Source: Escherichia phage SP27
DNA length: 64,000 nt
Strand: one strand, 5' to 3'
Sequence record: LC494302.1
Part shown: positions 1 through 9,167 of the stretch, piece after piece
Position numbering within the stretch: the stretch's first letter is position 1
How the letters are laid out: each line of letters begins with the position of its first letter
Notes under the pieces: generated by a model
What the model saw: the letters and a program-made list of their open reading frames with translations, nothing else
Databases searched by the model: none
What the model was told of the DNA's origin: nothing
Position numbers and translations under genes: made by a program

Positions 1-321
1 GAAGTGAATTCTCTTAATGCTGGTAATACAGTAGATAAGTTCTTTATTGCTCAAGGGTACAGGAAAGATATTCATCAATATTGTTCAGTATATGGGGAGT
101 ACAATAGTACTGAAGATATAATTTATTGGTCAACACATCAAGATTATCTAACTAAAATTGGCGTTCCAGATGTTAGTACTTTATCTGAAGAAGAATACTT
201 TCAGTACAGCTTAGTACATGATTTACATATACCTTTAGGGTTAATCAAGGGTATGCAGGAAGAGGTTCATAAGCTTAAATCCATGAGTAAAGGTACTTTC
301 ATTAGAACAGTGCAATACTAG
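1..321 (+). CDS. FQxS-motif paralog family member, 5' end probably outside window
   Basis: ORF in frame from window edge, no in-frame ATG near 5' end; motif LSEEEYFQYSLVHD. Confidence 0.6.
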   Translation, partial: EVNSLNAGNTVDKFFIAQGYRKDIHQYCSVYGEYNSTEDIIYWSTHQDYLTKIGVPDVSTLSEEEYFQYSLVHDLHIPLGLIKGMQEEVHKLKSMSKGTFIRTVQY

Positions 322-322
322 C

Positions 323-351
323 TTGACAGTACTTTTCTTTAGTGCTATAGT
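323..351 (+). promoter_or_regulatory. sigma70-like promoter
   Basis: TTGACA (323-328), 17-nt spacer, TATAGT (346-351); upstream of ORF starting 381. Confidence 0.5.
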
Positions 352-380
352 ACCTGTACGTTAATCATAGGGTAGAAATT

Positions 381-626
381 ATGTTAAATTTTTTAAATTT
401 TCTTATCGTCTTGTGTATTGTTCTTGGGATTGCACCATTTGTATTGTATTTCATGGATTCAGATGAAATGCAGAAGATGAATTGCACAAGGACAGGACAG
501 AGTAGAGTAGAGACGATTCTTATGCCTGTTACGGTTATTGTTAACAACATGCCCATTACGAACATGGTCCCTACCCTAACGACAACGTACCAGTACTCTT
601 GTACAGACGGAGAGAGGTGGAGATGA
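381..626 (+). CDS. small hydrophobic protein (N-terminal TM segment)
   Basis: ORF directly downstream of promoter; N-terminus LNFLNFLIVLCIVLGIAPFVLYF is hydrophobic. Confidence 0.45.
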   Translation: MLNFLNFLIVLCIVLGIAPFVLYFMDSDEMQKMNCTRTGQSRVETILMPVTVIVNNMPITNMVPTLTTTYQYSCTDGERWR

Positions 627-943
627 AATTTAATATAGCAAAAACATCGAGTATATGTATTTTTGGTTATGCAGAAGAGTTAGGTGATATTGACATTCTT
701 TTGTACAAAAAGGATGGTGTTATGCATTTCAAGTACCAGGATGAAGAGGCAGACAATTATCTTTTACCTAATTTAGTACAAATGCAGGAAGAGGAATTAT
801 TCCAGTACAGCTTAATATACGACATTGTTATTTGCACGATGCCAGTACTAATTAGTATTCAAAAAGTGATGCTCGATATGTATGATAAGCTAATACAAGG
901 TACATCAGGGAGAATCATTGAAATCGATATACAAGACAATTAA
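623..943 (+). CDS. FQxS-motif paralog family member
   Basis: ATG 623 overlaps upstream stop (ATGA); RBS GGAGAGAGGTGGAG; motif EEELFQYSLIYD. Confidence 0.65.
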   Translation: MKFNIAKTSSICIFGYAEELGDIDILLYKKDGVMHFKYQDEEADNYLLPNLVQMQEEELFQYSLIYDIVICTMPVLISIQKVMLDMYDKLIQGTSGRIIEIDIQDN

Positions 944-1136
944 TCAAGAATGGAAGACCCAAAAGTACAGGGAATTCAACAGGAATTTTACAAAAGATGC
1001 ATTGAATTTAAAAACAACAGAGTTTGATATGTTTATTTTTCTTGGAACACGTTCACAAGAACAATTTGTTCATTATTATATAAATTCGTTGCGAACGGAG
1101 ATAGTATGCAAAACACAGGGTATTATAAAAAGGTAA
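918..1136 (+). CDS. small protein, family B (FLGT..QEQ motif)
   Basis: ORF; motif FIFLGTRSQEQFVHYYINSL shared with 1106, 13552 and 13748 genes. Confidence 0.55.
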   Translation: MKSIYKTINQEWKTQKYREFNRNFTKDALNLKTTEFDMFIFLGTRSQEQFVHYYINSLRTEIVCKTQGIIKR

Positions 1137-1372
1137 ACCAATATTTGTACGCTACAAAGTACAGGGATTTTTGTTTAAAGGGTGGTGATGAAGATTTTTC
1201 TTTGCGATTATCAGAATTTAATCTGTTATTTTATCTTGGTACAAAAGAACAAGAAGAAATGGCACAGAAATTTATCAAGCACCTTTTACAAAAAATTAAT
1301 ATGCAAATTTTGATGCTTAAGTTACAGAATGAGATAAATGAATATGAATCCAGAAATAGTTCAGGATCTTAA
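1106..1372 (+). CDS. small protein, family B
   Basis: ORF; motif LFYLGTKEQEEMAQKFIKHL; tandem to previous paralog. Confidence 0.55.
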   Translation: MQNTGYYKKVNQYLYATKYRDFCLKGGDEDFSLRLSEFNLLFYLGTKEQEEMAQKFIKHLLQKINMQILMLKLQNEINEYESRNSSGS

Positions 1373-1730
1373 AAAAGTAATATTTCTTTTGAATACCAGA
1401 AGTGAATTGTATACAGAGTTAAAAGAGATTAATGCATTTTATCAGAATTTTGTAATCCAAGAGATCAGTGATTTAATTACAGATGCATTATTTGAATTCT
1501 CGGAGAAATACAAAGGTTCAGAGTTCAGTGTTAAGAATGTTATTCGTCCAAGTGCAAGGAAAATTATATTATCACATTTTACATTTGACAATAAAGATTT
1601 ATTCAGTCATAATCCAAGTACAGCTTTATATTTTATTCCTGATTCAGACAAAAATCATCCTATTCATTACGGATGGATTTTGTCATATATAGTACAAGGA
1701 AAGGAGTATCCTATTAAATGGAAAGATTAG
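1338..1730 (+). CDS. hypothetical protein
   Basis: 130-aa ORF, same polarity, overlapping upstream gene end. Confidence 0.55.
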   Translation: MNMNPEIVQDLKKVIFLLNTRSELYTELKEINAFYQNFVIQEISDLITDALFEFSEKYKGSEFSVKNVIRPSARKIILSHFTFDNKDLFSHNPSTALYFIPDSDKNHPIHYGWILSYIVQGKEYPIKWKD

Positions 1731-1878
1731 GGCGATTAGATTATTACACAATTAATACAAATTATTTGTTGCGTAATATAAAATCCGATTACAAAATATG
1801 GATAAAGAACAGAGATAGCATGTGTTATGAATTTTATTTAGATTATGCTATCAAACGATTTTTAAGAGAAGAACATTA

Positions 1879-2082
1879 ATGCAAAAGATTAATACGATAA
1901 CATTAAATGCATTACAGGATTCATTATTAGATAGTATTAAGATGTATTACAATATACATTTGAAGGGTGGTATTGATAATTACGATTATTATTTGAGTTT
2001 AATTACATTTGAGCACCTTTCAGTACAGGACAGGATTTTACATCCTACAAATCCTAGGTATCCATCGATAGGTAAATTATGA
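1879..2082 (+). CDS. hypothetical small protein
   Basis: 67-aa ORF whose stop overlaps next start (ATGA). Confidence 0.45.
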   Translation: MQKINTITLNALQDSLLDSIKMYYNIHLKGGIDNYDYYLSLITFEHLSVQDRILHPTNPRYPSIGKL

Positions 2083-2627
2083 ATGAGATAAAGTTATTAG
2101 CACACAAGATAAGTACAATAATGCTTATCCTCAATAACAACCATCCTATATCGCATATAGATGGAATCCTGAGTCAGAGGACAGGTGGTAGTTTATATTT
2201 GTCCATAAACGCGGATATCGCAAGGAAATACATTGATATTGATGTTGAAATCGAATATGATACAACGGGGATTGTTGATGTAGGTGCATTAATCAGTTCA
2301 AATCCAGTATCAGCATCCCCATTGACCAAAGATGTTAGTACAGGATTCGAAGGATATTTGTGGTACAATACCAATGATGATTATTTTATATATCAGCATT
2401 CCAATACAAATTATGATGAAGACAAATTTCAGTTCATAGACCCTTATGATGAAGCTGAAGTATTTCAAAAATCATTAATCACAAAACCGCATGAGATGAT
2501 GTATCTAATGTTATTCAGTACAATGCATTTGAATCCATTAATTAAAGGTTTAAAATTTTATATTCAATTAAATTTAGTCCATGTAGTTTATGATTTATTA
2601 ATGCAAGGATATAGTTATGAAGTATAA
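2079..2627 (+). CDS. divergent FQxS-family member
   Basis: ORF; degenerate motif DEAEVFQKSLI. Confidence 0.6.
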   Translation: MNEIKLLAHKISTIMLILNNNHPISHIDGILSQRTGGSLYLSINADIARKYIDIDVEIEYDTTGIVDVGALISSNPVSASPLTKDVSTGFEGYLWYNTNDDYFIYQHSNTNYDEDKFQFIDPYDEAEVFQKSLITKPHEMMYLMLFSTMHLNPLIKGLKFYIQLNLVHVVYDLLMQGYSYEV

Positions 2628-2928
2628 AATGATGTATACCCCAGATATGATTTATGTTGAATTAGAAGATGATGACGATGGGTGGAATTTGATTTATTCA
2701 AGAAGTTCAGGTTGGTACATGGCACATTTAAATGATTCGATAGTTACAGATTATTTTGTAGATTTCAATACATTATCCGATGAAGAATTGTTCCAACAGC
2801 AATTAGTGATTGACACGGGTGGTTATGATGTCTTATTATTAAAAAAGATACAGAAAGCTGTTATTGATTTTAAGCCCATGATATGGCAAAGGAAATATTA
2901 TGACCTCGAAGTACCATACCAGCAATGA
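2617..2928 (+). CDS. FQxS-motif paralog family member
   Basis: ORF; motif LSDEELFQQQLVID. Confidence 0.65.
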   Translation: MKYKMMYTPDMIYVELEDDDDGWNLIYSRSSGWYMAHLNDSIVTDYFVDFNTLSDEELFQQQLVIDTGGYDVLLLKKIQKAVIDFKPMIWQRKYYDLEVPYQQ

Positions 2929-3466
2929 AATTCAGTACACCTACGCTAATGCAATCCTTATGGGACAAAAGTTAGCTTGTATTGTTGCAGCCTTATATAA
3001 TGCCCAGAAATATCACAAGCGTCATTTCCACAAATGTATTGGTATTATTCCATCGAAGTACAATACATATATTGCGTGCACGAGTCATTTTGATAAACGA
3101 TTCAATACACCAGATATACCAAATGCCCGTAGTGTTATTGGTCTTTTGGATTTCGCACCTGGTGCTGTTATTGGAAAGAATGATTTAGAGTACGCATGGT
3201 ATAATAAAAATGCCCCGTTAGTAATGGTAACATATGATAAAGAAACGAACAACGCAATAGAGTACAATACATATAAATCAGAGGAAGAATTTTTTCAAGG
3301 TTCAATGCTTGTACCAGTGCGTTTGTTATTTTATAATGTCATAATGAGTACAGTACACAATAGTCCATTACACAAGAATCACAAAATTAATTTCAATTTT
3401 TGTGCTTATGCGATTGATGGTGTGTATGAGTGTTTAATGGAGGTATTGAGTTATGAAGCTGAATAA
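2900..3466 (+). CDS. FQxS-motif paralog family member
   Basis: ORF; motif SEEEFFQGSMLV. Confidence 0.65.
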   Translation: MTSKYHTSNEIQYTYANAILMGQKLACIVAALYNAQKYHKRHFHKCIGIIPSKYNTYIACTSHFDKRFNTPDIPNARSVIGLLDFAPGAVIGKNDLEYAWYNKNAPLVMVTYDKETNNAIEYNTYKSEEEFFQGSMLVPVRLLFYNVIMSTVHNSPLHKNHKINFNFCAYAIDGVYECLMEVLSYEAE

Positions 3467-3794
3467 TACATTTGATATTAATAAGTTAAGAGAATGGTTT
3501 TATAGTATTGAAATTGAAGCCATCCCGTATCATAGATATGAACAATATAATTTAACCAGTATTGATATCAGTGAGTTGTACGCGTATTATCAAAGTGCAT
3601 TAGAGATGCATAAGTTATTTTTGAGTACAGATTTTGTTCTAAATTACAATTTTGAGGAATTTAAAAATTATAATTTAGTACAGAAATATGTAGTAGCAAA
3701 GTACATGTACCTTCAAGGAATTACAAGTATAGTGGAATTCAATACAGTCCTTGCTTTAGTTGAGGTAATTTTATGCAGTACATGTATGATTTAG
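3453..3794 (+). CDS. hypothetical protein
   Basis: 113-aa ORF in gene array, overlapping neighbours. Confidence 0.55.
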   Translation: MKLNNTFDINKLREWFYSIEIEAIPYHRYEQYNLTSIDISELYAYYQSALEMHKLFLSTDFVLNYNFEEFKNYNLVQKYVVAKYMYLQGITSIVEFNTVLALVEVILCSTCMI

Positions 3795-4279
3795 AGTTCA
3801 GCTTAGATGCTGCATTTAAATATGTTCACAAGATAGAAACAATATACAGTACATTATGTGCAATAAAATCAGTAACAGAAGAGCTTGATGTTGGTGAAAA
3901 ATATCAGGTATGGAATAATACATTTTTAAATAAAGAACGTTGCTCTACGGGGTTTAATATTTTAACATTTAATCCCAGCAATTGTTACCCAGAGAAGCAT
4001 GAACGTTATCCGAATGACGACATGTGGTTTGAGTACAAAGAAGATTGTGATATGTCGTTCATTGAAGTTCCTGATGATTTTAATGCACAAGATTTAACAG
4101 ACGAGTGGTGGTTCCAGCAGAATTTAGTCCACGATGATATTGATTTATTTTTTTATGTAGTATTTAAAATGCTTTATCACAACAATATAGTACAAGATAG
4201 TGTATTTTTTTCATGTCTATATATTGATGATTTGTACAATGAAATTCAAATCAACATGCCCAGAACGCCTGTATCGTAA
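3773..4279 (+). CDS. FQxS-motif paralog family member
   Basis: ORF; motif TDEWWFQQNLVHDDID. Confidence 0.65.
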   Translation: MQYMYDLEFSLDAAFKYVHKIETIYSTLCAIKSVTEELDVGEKYQVWNNTFLNKERCSTGFNILTFNPSNCYPEKHERYPNDDMWFEYKEDCDMSFIEVPDDFNAQDLTDEWWFQQNLVHDDIDLFFYVVFKMLYHNNIVQDSVFFSCLYIDDLYNEIQINMPRTPVS

Positions 4280-4304
4280 GATATGGGCTTTTTTCGTTTT
4301 GGTA

Positions 4305-4333
4305 TTGACATAGAAGACCAAAGCTGTTATCAT
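4305..4333 (+). promoter_or_regulatory. sigma70-like promoter with extended -10
   Basis: TTGACA (4305-4310), 17-nt spacer, TGt-TATCAT (4325-4333). Confidence 0.45.
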
Positions 4334-4361
4334 GTGTATTCATTTTAAAGGAGAATATATA

Positions 4362-4874
4362 GTGAGTTTCATAATCCCAAGTACATACGAAGATGCATCA
4401 AGTGCAGTTCATAAGATTCATTATATTTTTAATTTAATTATTAGATCTGCAAAAATTAAAATGTATGCACCTCTTGTGACAAATAATCGAAATGAAGAAA
4501 TTTTTATTAGCACAGACAAAATTATTTTTCCATATTTCAATGAAGATAGATTGTGGTTCATACATTTAGCTGCATTACAAAAATATAAGATGTCAATTCG
4601 TAATAATTTGGTTATACCGTTATATCATCCCGATATTGGAGAGGATGAGTATTTTCAGTACAGCACAGTACACCGCCATGAAGATATCTTTGCTGCTATG
4701 CTTATTGCTAAATTGAACACCGTTGATTTGGAGCAGTACAAATACAATAATAAATCATGTAAGATCATAATCCCTGCATTCATAGCTCTTTATGATTATG
4801 TGGTGCATAACAAAAAAGATGATACATATGCTTTCAATGAAGAGTATTTGGATTTTTTTAAGGATAACATATGA
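4362..4874 (+). CDS. FQxS-motif paralog family member
   Basis: ORF; likely GTG start 4362 after RBS AAAGGAG (ATG 4332 lies inside the -10 element); motif GEDEYFQYSTVH. Confidence 0.6.
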   Translation: MSFIIPSTYEDASSAVHKIHYIFNLIIRSAKIKMYAPLVTNNRNEEIFISTDKIIFPYFNEDRLWFIHLAALQKYKMSIRNNLVIPLYHPDIGEDEYFQYSTVHRHEDIFAAMLIAKLNTVDLEQYKYNNKSCKIIIPAFIALYDYVVHNKKDDTYAFNEEYLDFFKDNI

Positions 4875-5410
4875 GCAGTACAACAGTATCAAAAGTACAG
4901 AAAGCAATGTCATTCAATGAAATTGGTACATTTAAAGATAAGATCATTGATTGCCTTGAATACATGATTTGTAGTAATATCGAAAGTATCGAGATATTTA
5001 ACAAGACAAATCGCTCTTACCATATGATGTACATTGCAAACAATAATGGTATCATTCCATTTATTTCGGATAGTACAATATGGTACGCATGTGATACGAA
5101 AAAAACCACAATAGGTTTACATTTATTTGAGACACATTATGATCTAATTATTCCTGAGCATTGTATGCAAGAAGAAGAATATTTTCAAATGCAATGTATA
5201 CATTCACCATTAGTGTTGTTTAGTTTATATATTATACCTTATATCACCAAATGTGTTCATGAGAATAAAGCTCCGTGGAATCATGAATTTGTATCGTTGA
5301 AGTTATTGTATAATGTATTAGTAGAATATTATGATTACAGGCACAATGGTACAATCAGTGATGTATGGGATTTTGAATCGCTAAGGGTGAAAACATACAC
5401 AGGTGAATGA
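4871..5410 (+). CDS. FQxS-motif paralog family member
   Basis: ORF; motif MQEEEYFQMQCIH. Confidence 0.65.
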   Translation: MSSTTVSKVQKAMSFNEIGTFKDKIIDCLEYMICSNIESIEIFNKTNRSYHMMYIANNNGIIPFISDSTIWYACDTKKTTIGLHLFETHYDLIIPEHCMQEEEYFQMQCIHSPLVLFSLYIIPYITKCVHENKAPWNHEFVSLKLLYNVLVEYYDYRHNGTISDVWDFESLRVKTYTGE

Positions 5411-5411
5411 T

Positions 5412-6026
5412 ATGACCAGAATTAAAATGTATGATTTGATGCAGTACAGTAAAATTGCCATTCCAGTGCTTAATAAAGTGCTGGATGCATTCATTGCCAA
5501 ATACCCTGAGAATTCAGTGTTATGTATTCCATTTAGTGTTCCAGATAAAGATGATATATTCCAAGTGAATGTCAGTACACGTGGTATTACATTACAGCAG
5601 AAATACATGGATACGGAATATTATGGAATAAAGTTGGATTCAGTACAGGGTTCAAAATCAGCCTATGATTTTTTTGTTCCTAATAATATAGAGTCATGGG
5701 AAACAAACATTTCAAAGAAAGATGAAAATGATGTTCCTATTAGTGGTGTGTTCAACAATAAAGTTTTTTATTATTACGAAACCGACAAATTCCCTGAAGA
5801 GTTATATTACAATTCAGAAATGAATGAAGATGTAGATGCATTCATGTTTCAATTATCTTTAGTACATGATATCATTGATGTTAAAGAGTTAAGAGCAGAA
5901 ATCAATTTAGCTAAAGAGTTATCGGACATGCTGCCACCGTTTAGTATGCTTTTTTGTGAAGGTGGTTATTTTTCAAAAGAAGTGTTTGAACATTTCGTAG
6001 ATGTTGTAAAAGGGTTGGATATATAG
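5412..6026 (+). CDS. FQxS-motif paralog family member
   Basis: ATG 5412 after RBS AGGTGA; motif DAFMFQLSLVHD. Confidence 0.65.
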   Translation: MTRIKMYDLMQYSKIAIPVLNKVLDAFIAKYPENSVLCIPFSVPDKDDIFQVNVSTRGITLQQKYMDTEYYGIKLDSVQGSKSAYDFFVPNNIESWETNISKKDENDVPISGVFNNKVFYYYETDKFPEELYYNSEMNEDVDAFMFQLSLVHDIIDVKELRAEINLAKELSDMLPPFSMLFCEGGYFSKEVFEHFVDVVKGLDI

Positions 6027-6027
6027 T

Positions 6028-6222
6028 ATGCTTACAGTTGATGTTAAACAAAAATACCGTAAGTTTGATTGGTTCACCGACAGTTTCCAGCTTGAATTAT
6101 TACATTTGAATATCTGTGAAACATTATGTGCAGAAACACAAGATGAATTTGATGATAGAGTGATGAACATAGTAATGCTTTCTTGCTTTAAACATTTTGG
6201 TTATTTTTTCGGACAGAATTGA
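6028..6222 (+). CDS. hypothetical small protein
   Basis: 64-aa ORF starting 2 nt after upstream stop. Confidence 0.4.
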   Translation: MLTVDVKQKYRKFDWFTDSFQLELLHLNICETLCAETQDEFDDRVMNIVMLSCFKHFGYFFGQN

Positions 6223-6230
6223 GGTAAAAA

Positions 6231-6749
6231 ATGCATCAACACAAGCATCATTCATATGATTTTGCAATTAACATTATGAAGTTCATTCGAGCGTTGGAGG
6301 ATGGGAAGCTTAGTCATAAGTACAGAAAAGAGGGTAACAATTGGTTCAGAAATGATGATGATGAGTTCAGAAGTCATAAGATTGTTTACAGCAATAATTA
6401 CAGTGCCAATTACCTACAAGATGTAGTGATGTGTTTTGAATACGTGTTGCAGTTCAGGGGTTCAATCCAGGATGAGTTGATGGAGCACATGTACATCAGA
6501 TACCTTCCAATGCTCAAAGATGAAAATGTATTATTAAATTCAATATACCAACGAGTTCGTGAAATTGAGTGCAGGGATATATTAGATACAGAAGAATCGT
6601 ATTTCCAGCAATCCCTGATTTATGCACCTGATTTATTACAGGTACATAATTTGTTTAATACATTACGTCAAAACATCAGTACAGACATATTTTTGTCATT
6701 ATCGGATTATGATACATTTGTCAAAGATTTAGAGGAAATAGGTTTATGA
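6231..6749 (+). CDS. FQxS-motif paralog family member
   Basis: ORF; motif TEESYFQQSLIYAPD. Confidence 0.65.
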   Translation: MHQHKHHSYDFAINIMKFIRALEDGKLSHKYRKEGNNWFRNDDDEFRSHKIVYSNNYSANYLQDVVMCFEYVLQFRGSIQDELMEHMYIRYLPMLKDENVLLNSIYQRVREIECRDILDTEESYFQQSLIYAPDLLQVHNLFNTLRQNISTDIFLSLSDYDTFVKDLEEIGL

Positions 6750-7090
6750 GTATATTTTCGGTTTATATAGTAAACGTCAGTAAAGATGGTAGTTTAATTG
6801 AATTTGATGTAGTTGATAACAATGATAATTCATATGGTATTAAGGTACAGGACAATGATGTACAGTTCAGTACAAGGACAAATTTTGAGAATCCAGTCCA
6901 AGTTCCGAATTTCATAGAAGATGAAGCTGCACGATTCCAATACGAAACGGCATATGACAATGTACATATGCATATTATTATGCAAACGAGTTTAGTTCAA
7001 TTAGTTCCTTTGTTCAGACAAAATATATATGTACATGAAGTGTCGATTAATGGCATTCAAAGTTCCGTTTTGTTCGGTACAAATATGTAA
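6746..7090 (+). CDS. divergent FQxS-family member
   Basis: ORF (ATGA overlap); degenerate motif EDEAARFQYETAYD. Confidence 0.6.
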   Translation: MSIFSVYIVNVSKDGSLIEFDVVDNNDNSYGIKVQDNDVQFSTRTNFENPVQVPNFIEDEAARFQYETAYDNVHMHIIMQTSLVQLVPLFRQNIYVHEVSINGIQSSVLFGTNM

Positions 7091-7100
7091 GGAAAGTACA

Positions 7101-7652
7101 ATGAGTTCAATGAGTTTATTAGATACATTAGAAAAAGACAGAAGTGCAATTAAGCGTTTAAAAGAGCAAGTACAAAAGATTGTATACAACGTTGATAAGT
7201 TTGAAGTCCCAGGAAGATTTGGTGATATTTCCCATACGGAGATCAAATCCCTTAAGTCAGATTTGTTGATTAAAAATAAAAATGGGTTGATTTTAGTTTT
7301 GAGTTCAGATATGATGGGGGCAACACATAGTTATAATGCAGTATCGGTGCGTTCAGAGTGTGAAGGTATATATCTATCACAGGGTTTCAATAGCGAGACA
7401 CAGGTTTGTTTTTGTGATGCAGTACATGACCCTATGAAGTTCACGAGAAGTGAAGCCCAAGCGTTATTAGAGCTATCAGACGAGAGTTTGTTTCAGTACA
7501 GTACAATGTATGACAATGATAAGCTTCGTTGTATGTACGCTGTAAAGCATTATACACATGAGTTCTCTGGATTTGCATACCTTTTAGTTAGAACCAATAC
7601 CAGATATATTGATATGTTAGAAGATTACATCGATAAAGTTGTTAATGTATGA
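7101..7652 (+). CDS. FQxS-motif paralog family member
   Basis: ATG 7101 after RBS AAGGAAAG (longer ORF from 7029 overlaps upstream gene); motif DESLFQYSTMYD. Confidence 0.65.
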   Translation: MSSMSLLDTLEKDRSAIKRLKEQVQKIVYNVDKFEVPGRFGDISHTEIKSLKSDLLIKNKNGLILVLSSDMMGATHSYNAVSVRSECEGIYLSQGFNSETQVCFCDAVHDPMKFTRSEAQALLELSDESLFQYSTMYDNDKLRCMYAVKHYTHEFSGFAYLLVRTNTRYIDMLEDYIDKVVNV

Positions 7653-7674
7653 TGTATGATTATGTGATGGGATA

Positions 7675-7842
7675 ATGCTGATGAAAGAGTTATTTGAAGA
7701 TCAGTTCAATGCATATGTGGATAATATTCTTTATTCCAGTCGTGCCAGTCAACGAGGAAATCGTGCTTACAACATAGATTACCTATTAACGGTGCTGAGT
7801 TCACAGTACACCTACGCTGTACAGAGGACATATTATGAATAA
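7675..7842 (+). CDS. possible small protein (55 aa)
   Basis: ORF below the 60-aa track cutoff filling an otherwise empty gap; stop overlaps next start. Confidence 0.3.
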   Translation: MLMKELFEDQFNAYVDNILYSSRASQRGNRAYNIDYLLTVLSSQYTYAVQRTYYE

Positions 7843-8038
7843 TTTTAGAGATGTTGCTAAGGAGAAGTTCAAGTGCAGTTTAGATTACGGTTTAAATGAT
7901 TTTCTTACATGCACAATGTACAGGAATGATGATTATGAGCAATCCGTAATTTCGTTGCACAGATATTTCGAAATAATTTACGCAAGATATCTTAGAAGGT
8001 TAGATGGGATAGGGGATTGGAATTATGATTACGTTTGA
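7835..8038 (+). CDS. hypothetical small protein
   Basis: 67-aa ORF. Confidence 0.45.
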   Translation: MNNFRDVAKEKFKCSLDYGLNDFLTCTMYRNDDYEQSVISLHRYFEIIYARYLRRLDGIGDWNYDYV

Positions 8039-8234
8039 AGAGCCGGAAGTGTTAAGTTCGCATAGTATTAAGGGTTTTGAATACATGATGGATTTGATTT
8101 TGAAGGATACATATTTGGTTCAGAGTGTAGATAATACGGTACACCGAGTATTGAATTTATACGAGATGACGAGTCGAAGGCTTTGTGCTATGAAAAGGAT
8201 TGAAGAAATCAAGCTTTCTAGGCTGAATAAATAG
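8025..8234 (+). CDS. hypothetical small protein
   Basis: 69-aa ORF overlapping upstream gene end. Confidence 0.45.
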   Translation: MITFEEPEVLSSHSIKGFEYMMDLILKDTYLVQSVDNTVHRVLNLYEMTSRRLCAMKRIEEIKLSRLNK

Positions 8235-8433
8235 AGACGTTTCATTTTTACAGGCCGCTGGGGGGGGTCAAAAAAATTTCCGCTGAAAAACATGCTAAGG
8301 TATATGTTTAATATAAAGTTTTATATTGTGTTTTTCAGAGTACAGTTCATGTTTCCTGAAACAAAAAATACCCCGCCCCCGCAACGTGCTCCTTATATTG
8401 GAGTTTACCTTATTAATTATAGTAGAGATTAAG
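8235..8433. other. structured intergenic spacer with G-tract, C-tract and inverted repeat
   Basis: GCCGCTGGGGGGGG (~8262-8277), CCCCGCCCCCGC (~8377-8388); 10-bp inverted repeat CTGAAAAACA/TGTTTTTCAG. Confidence 0.5.
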
Positions 8434-8811
8434 ATGGAAATAAAATATAATGAATTTTGTGCAAGGACATGGATGTACACTGGTGAGTTAGTTACGCACT
8501 CTAACTTATACAAGGGTGATTTAAACTACGCTAGGGACAAGATTTTAAAGTACTGGAATGCTGACTTTTATTTGATGGATTTTAGTACTGGGTTTCATGG
8601 GATATCTATCGAGATGCCGGACTATACAGTACTTGATGATGCTGCACTGTTCCAGGAGGCATTAGTATTTGATAAGAAGTACATCTGTACATTAGAAGAG
8701 ATGATTGAATTACAGCGTAGAATTAAATGTATTCACAGGGAATGTATAGATATCTGGTGCAGTACTGGTGAGGCCGATTTCTGGAAATTTTTTAATCTAG
8801 GAGAAGAGTGA
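8434..8811 (+). CDS. FQxS-family member, tandem trio copy 1
   Basis: ATG 8434; motif MPDYTVLDDAALFQEALVFDKKYICT. Confidence 0.7.
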   Translation: MEIKYNEFCARTWMYTGELVTHSNLYKGDLNYARDKILKYWNADFYLMDFSTGFHGISIEMPDYTVLDDAALFQEALVFDKKYICTLEEMIELQRRIKCIHRECIDIWCSTGEADFWKFFNLGEE

Positions 8812-9167
8812 TGGAATTTGATTTTTTAATATCAGTACATACTTTCAAGCACAGTTATCAGTACTTTTGTAATTTAAACAAAGGTGATTTAATGCACAGT
8901 GCGAATGAGTATATTCATTACACTCAGGGTAAATTTACATTCATTGATTACAGTTCATTACAGTATCCACACCAAGATATGCCGGACTATACATTAATGG
9001 ATACCGCAGAACTATTCCAAGAATCATTAGTATTTGATAAGAAGTACTTGTGTACATTTGAAGAAGTTATTGCAATACAAAATGAAATGAAAGAGTATGC
9101 TGCTTTGCATAAACCCAATTCAAGTATTAATCAAGAATACAAATTCAATTTAGGAATTCAAGAATGA
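8808..9167 (+). CDS. FQxS-family member, tandem trio copy 2
   Basis: ATGA overlap; motif MPDYTLMDTAELFQESLVFDKKYLCT. Confidence 0.7.
   Translation: MMEFDFLISVHTFKHSYQYFCNLNKGDLMHSANEYIHYTQGKFTFIDYSSLQYPHQDMPDYTLMDTAELFQESLVFDKKYLCTFEEVIAIQNEMKEYAALHKPNSSINQEYKFNLGIQE

Noticed and set aside
365-565. Minus-strand ORFs of 60-150 aa throughout the window (e.g. 365-565, 2174-2374, 5381-5608, 9674-10117, 11233-11490, 42590-42943, 45152-45445, 48872-49153, 50322-50648, 60839-61105)
   Set aside because: Each lies entirely inside a well-supported plus-strand gene; no ribosome-binding sites; consistent with shadow ORFs in AT-rich sequence. Only 55784-56161 occupies its own space and was kept.
1483-1692. 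Alternative-frame plus-strand ORFs nested in larger genes (e.g. 1483-1692, 2982-3188, 9612-9833, 10300-10515, 10629-10874, 11117-11320, 16449-16655, 20925-21113, 23728-23916, 28506-28721, 29563-29754, 39293-39526, 42270-42473, 42501-42755, 50465-50674, 51348-51566)
   Set aside because: Embedded out of frame within genes that have motif or homology support; low-complexity translations; no independent start signals.
4332-4361. ATG at 4332 as the start of the 4332-4874 gene
   Set aside because: This ATG lies inside the predicted -10 element and upstream of the likely transcription start; the in-frame GTG at 4362 has a proper AAAGGAG ribosome-binding site.
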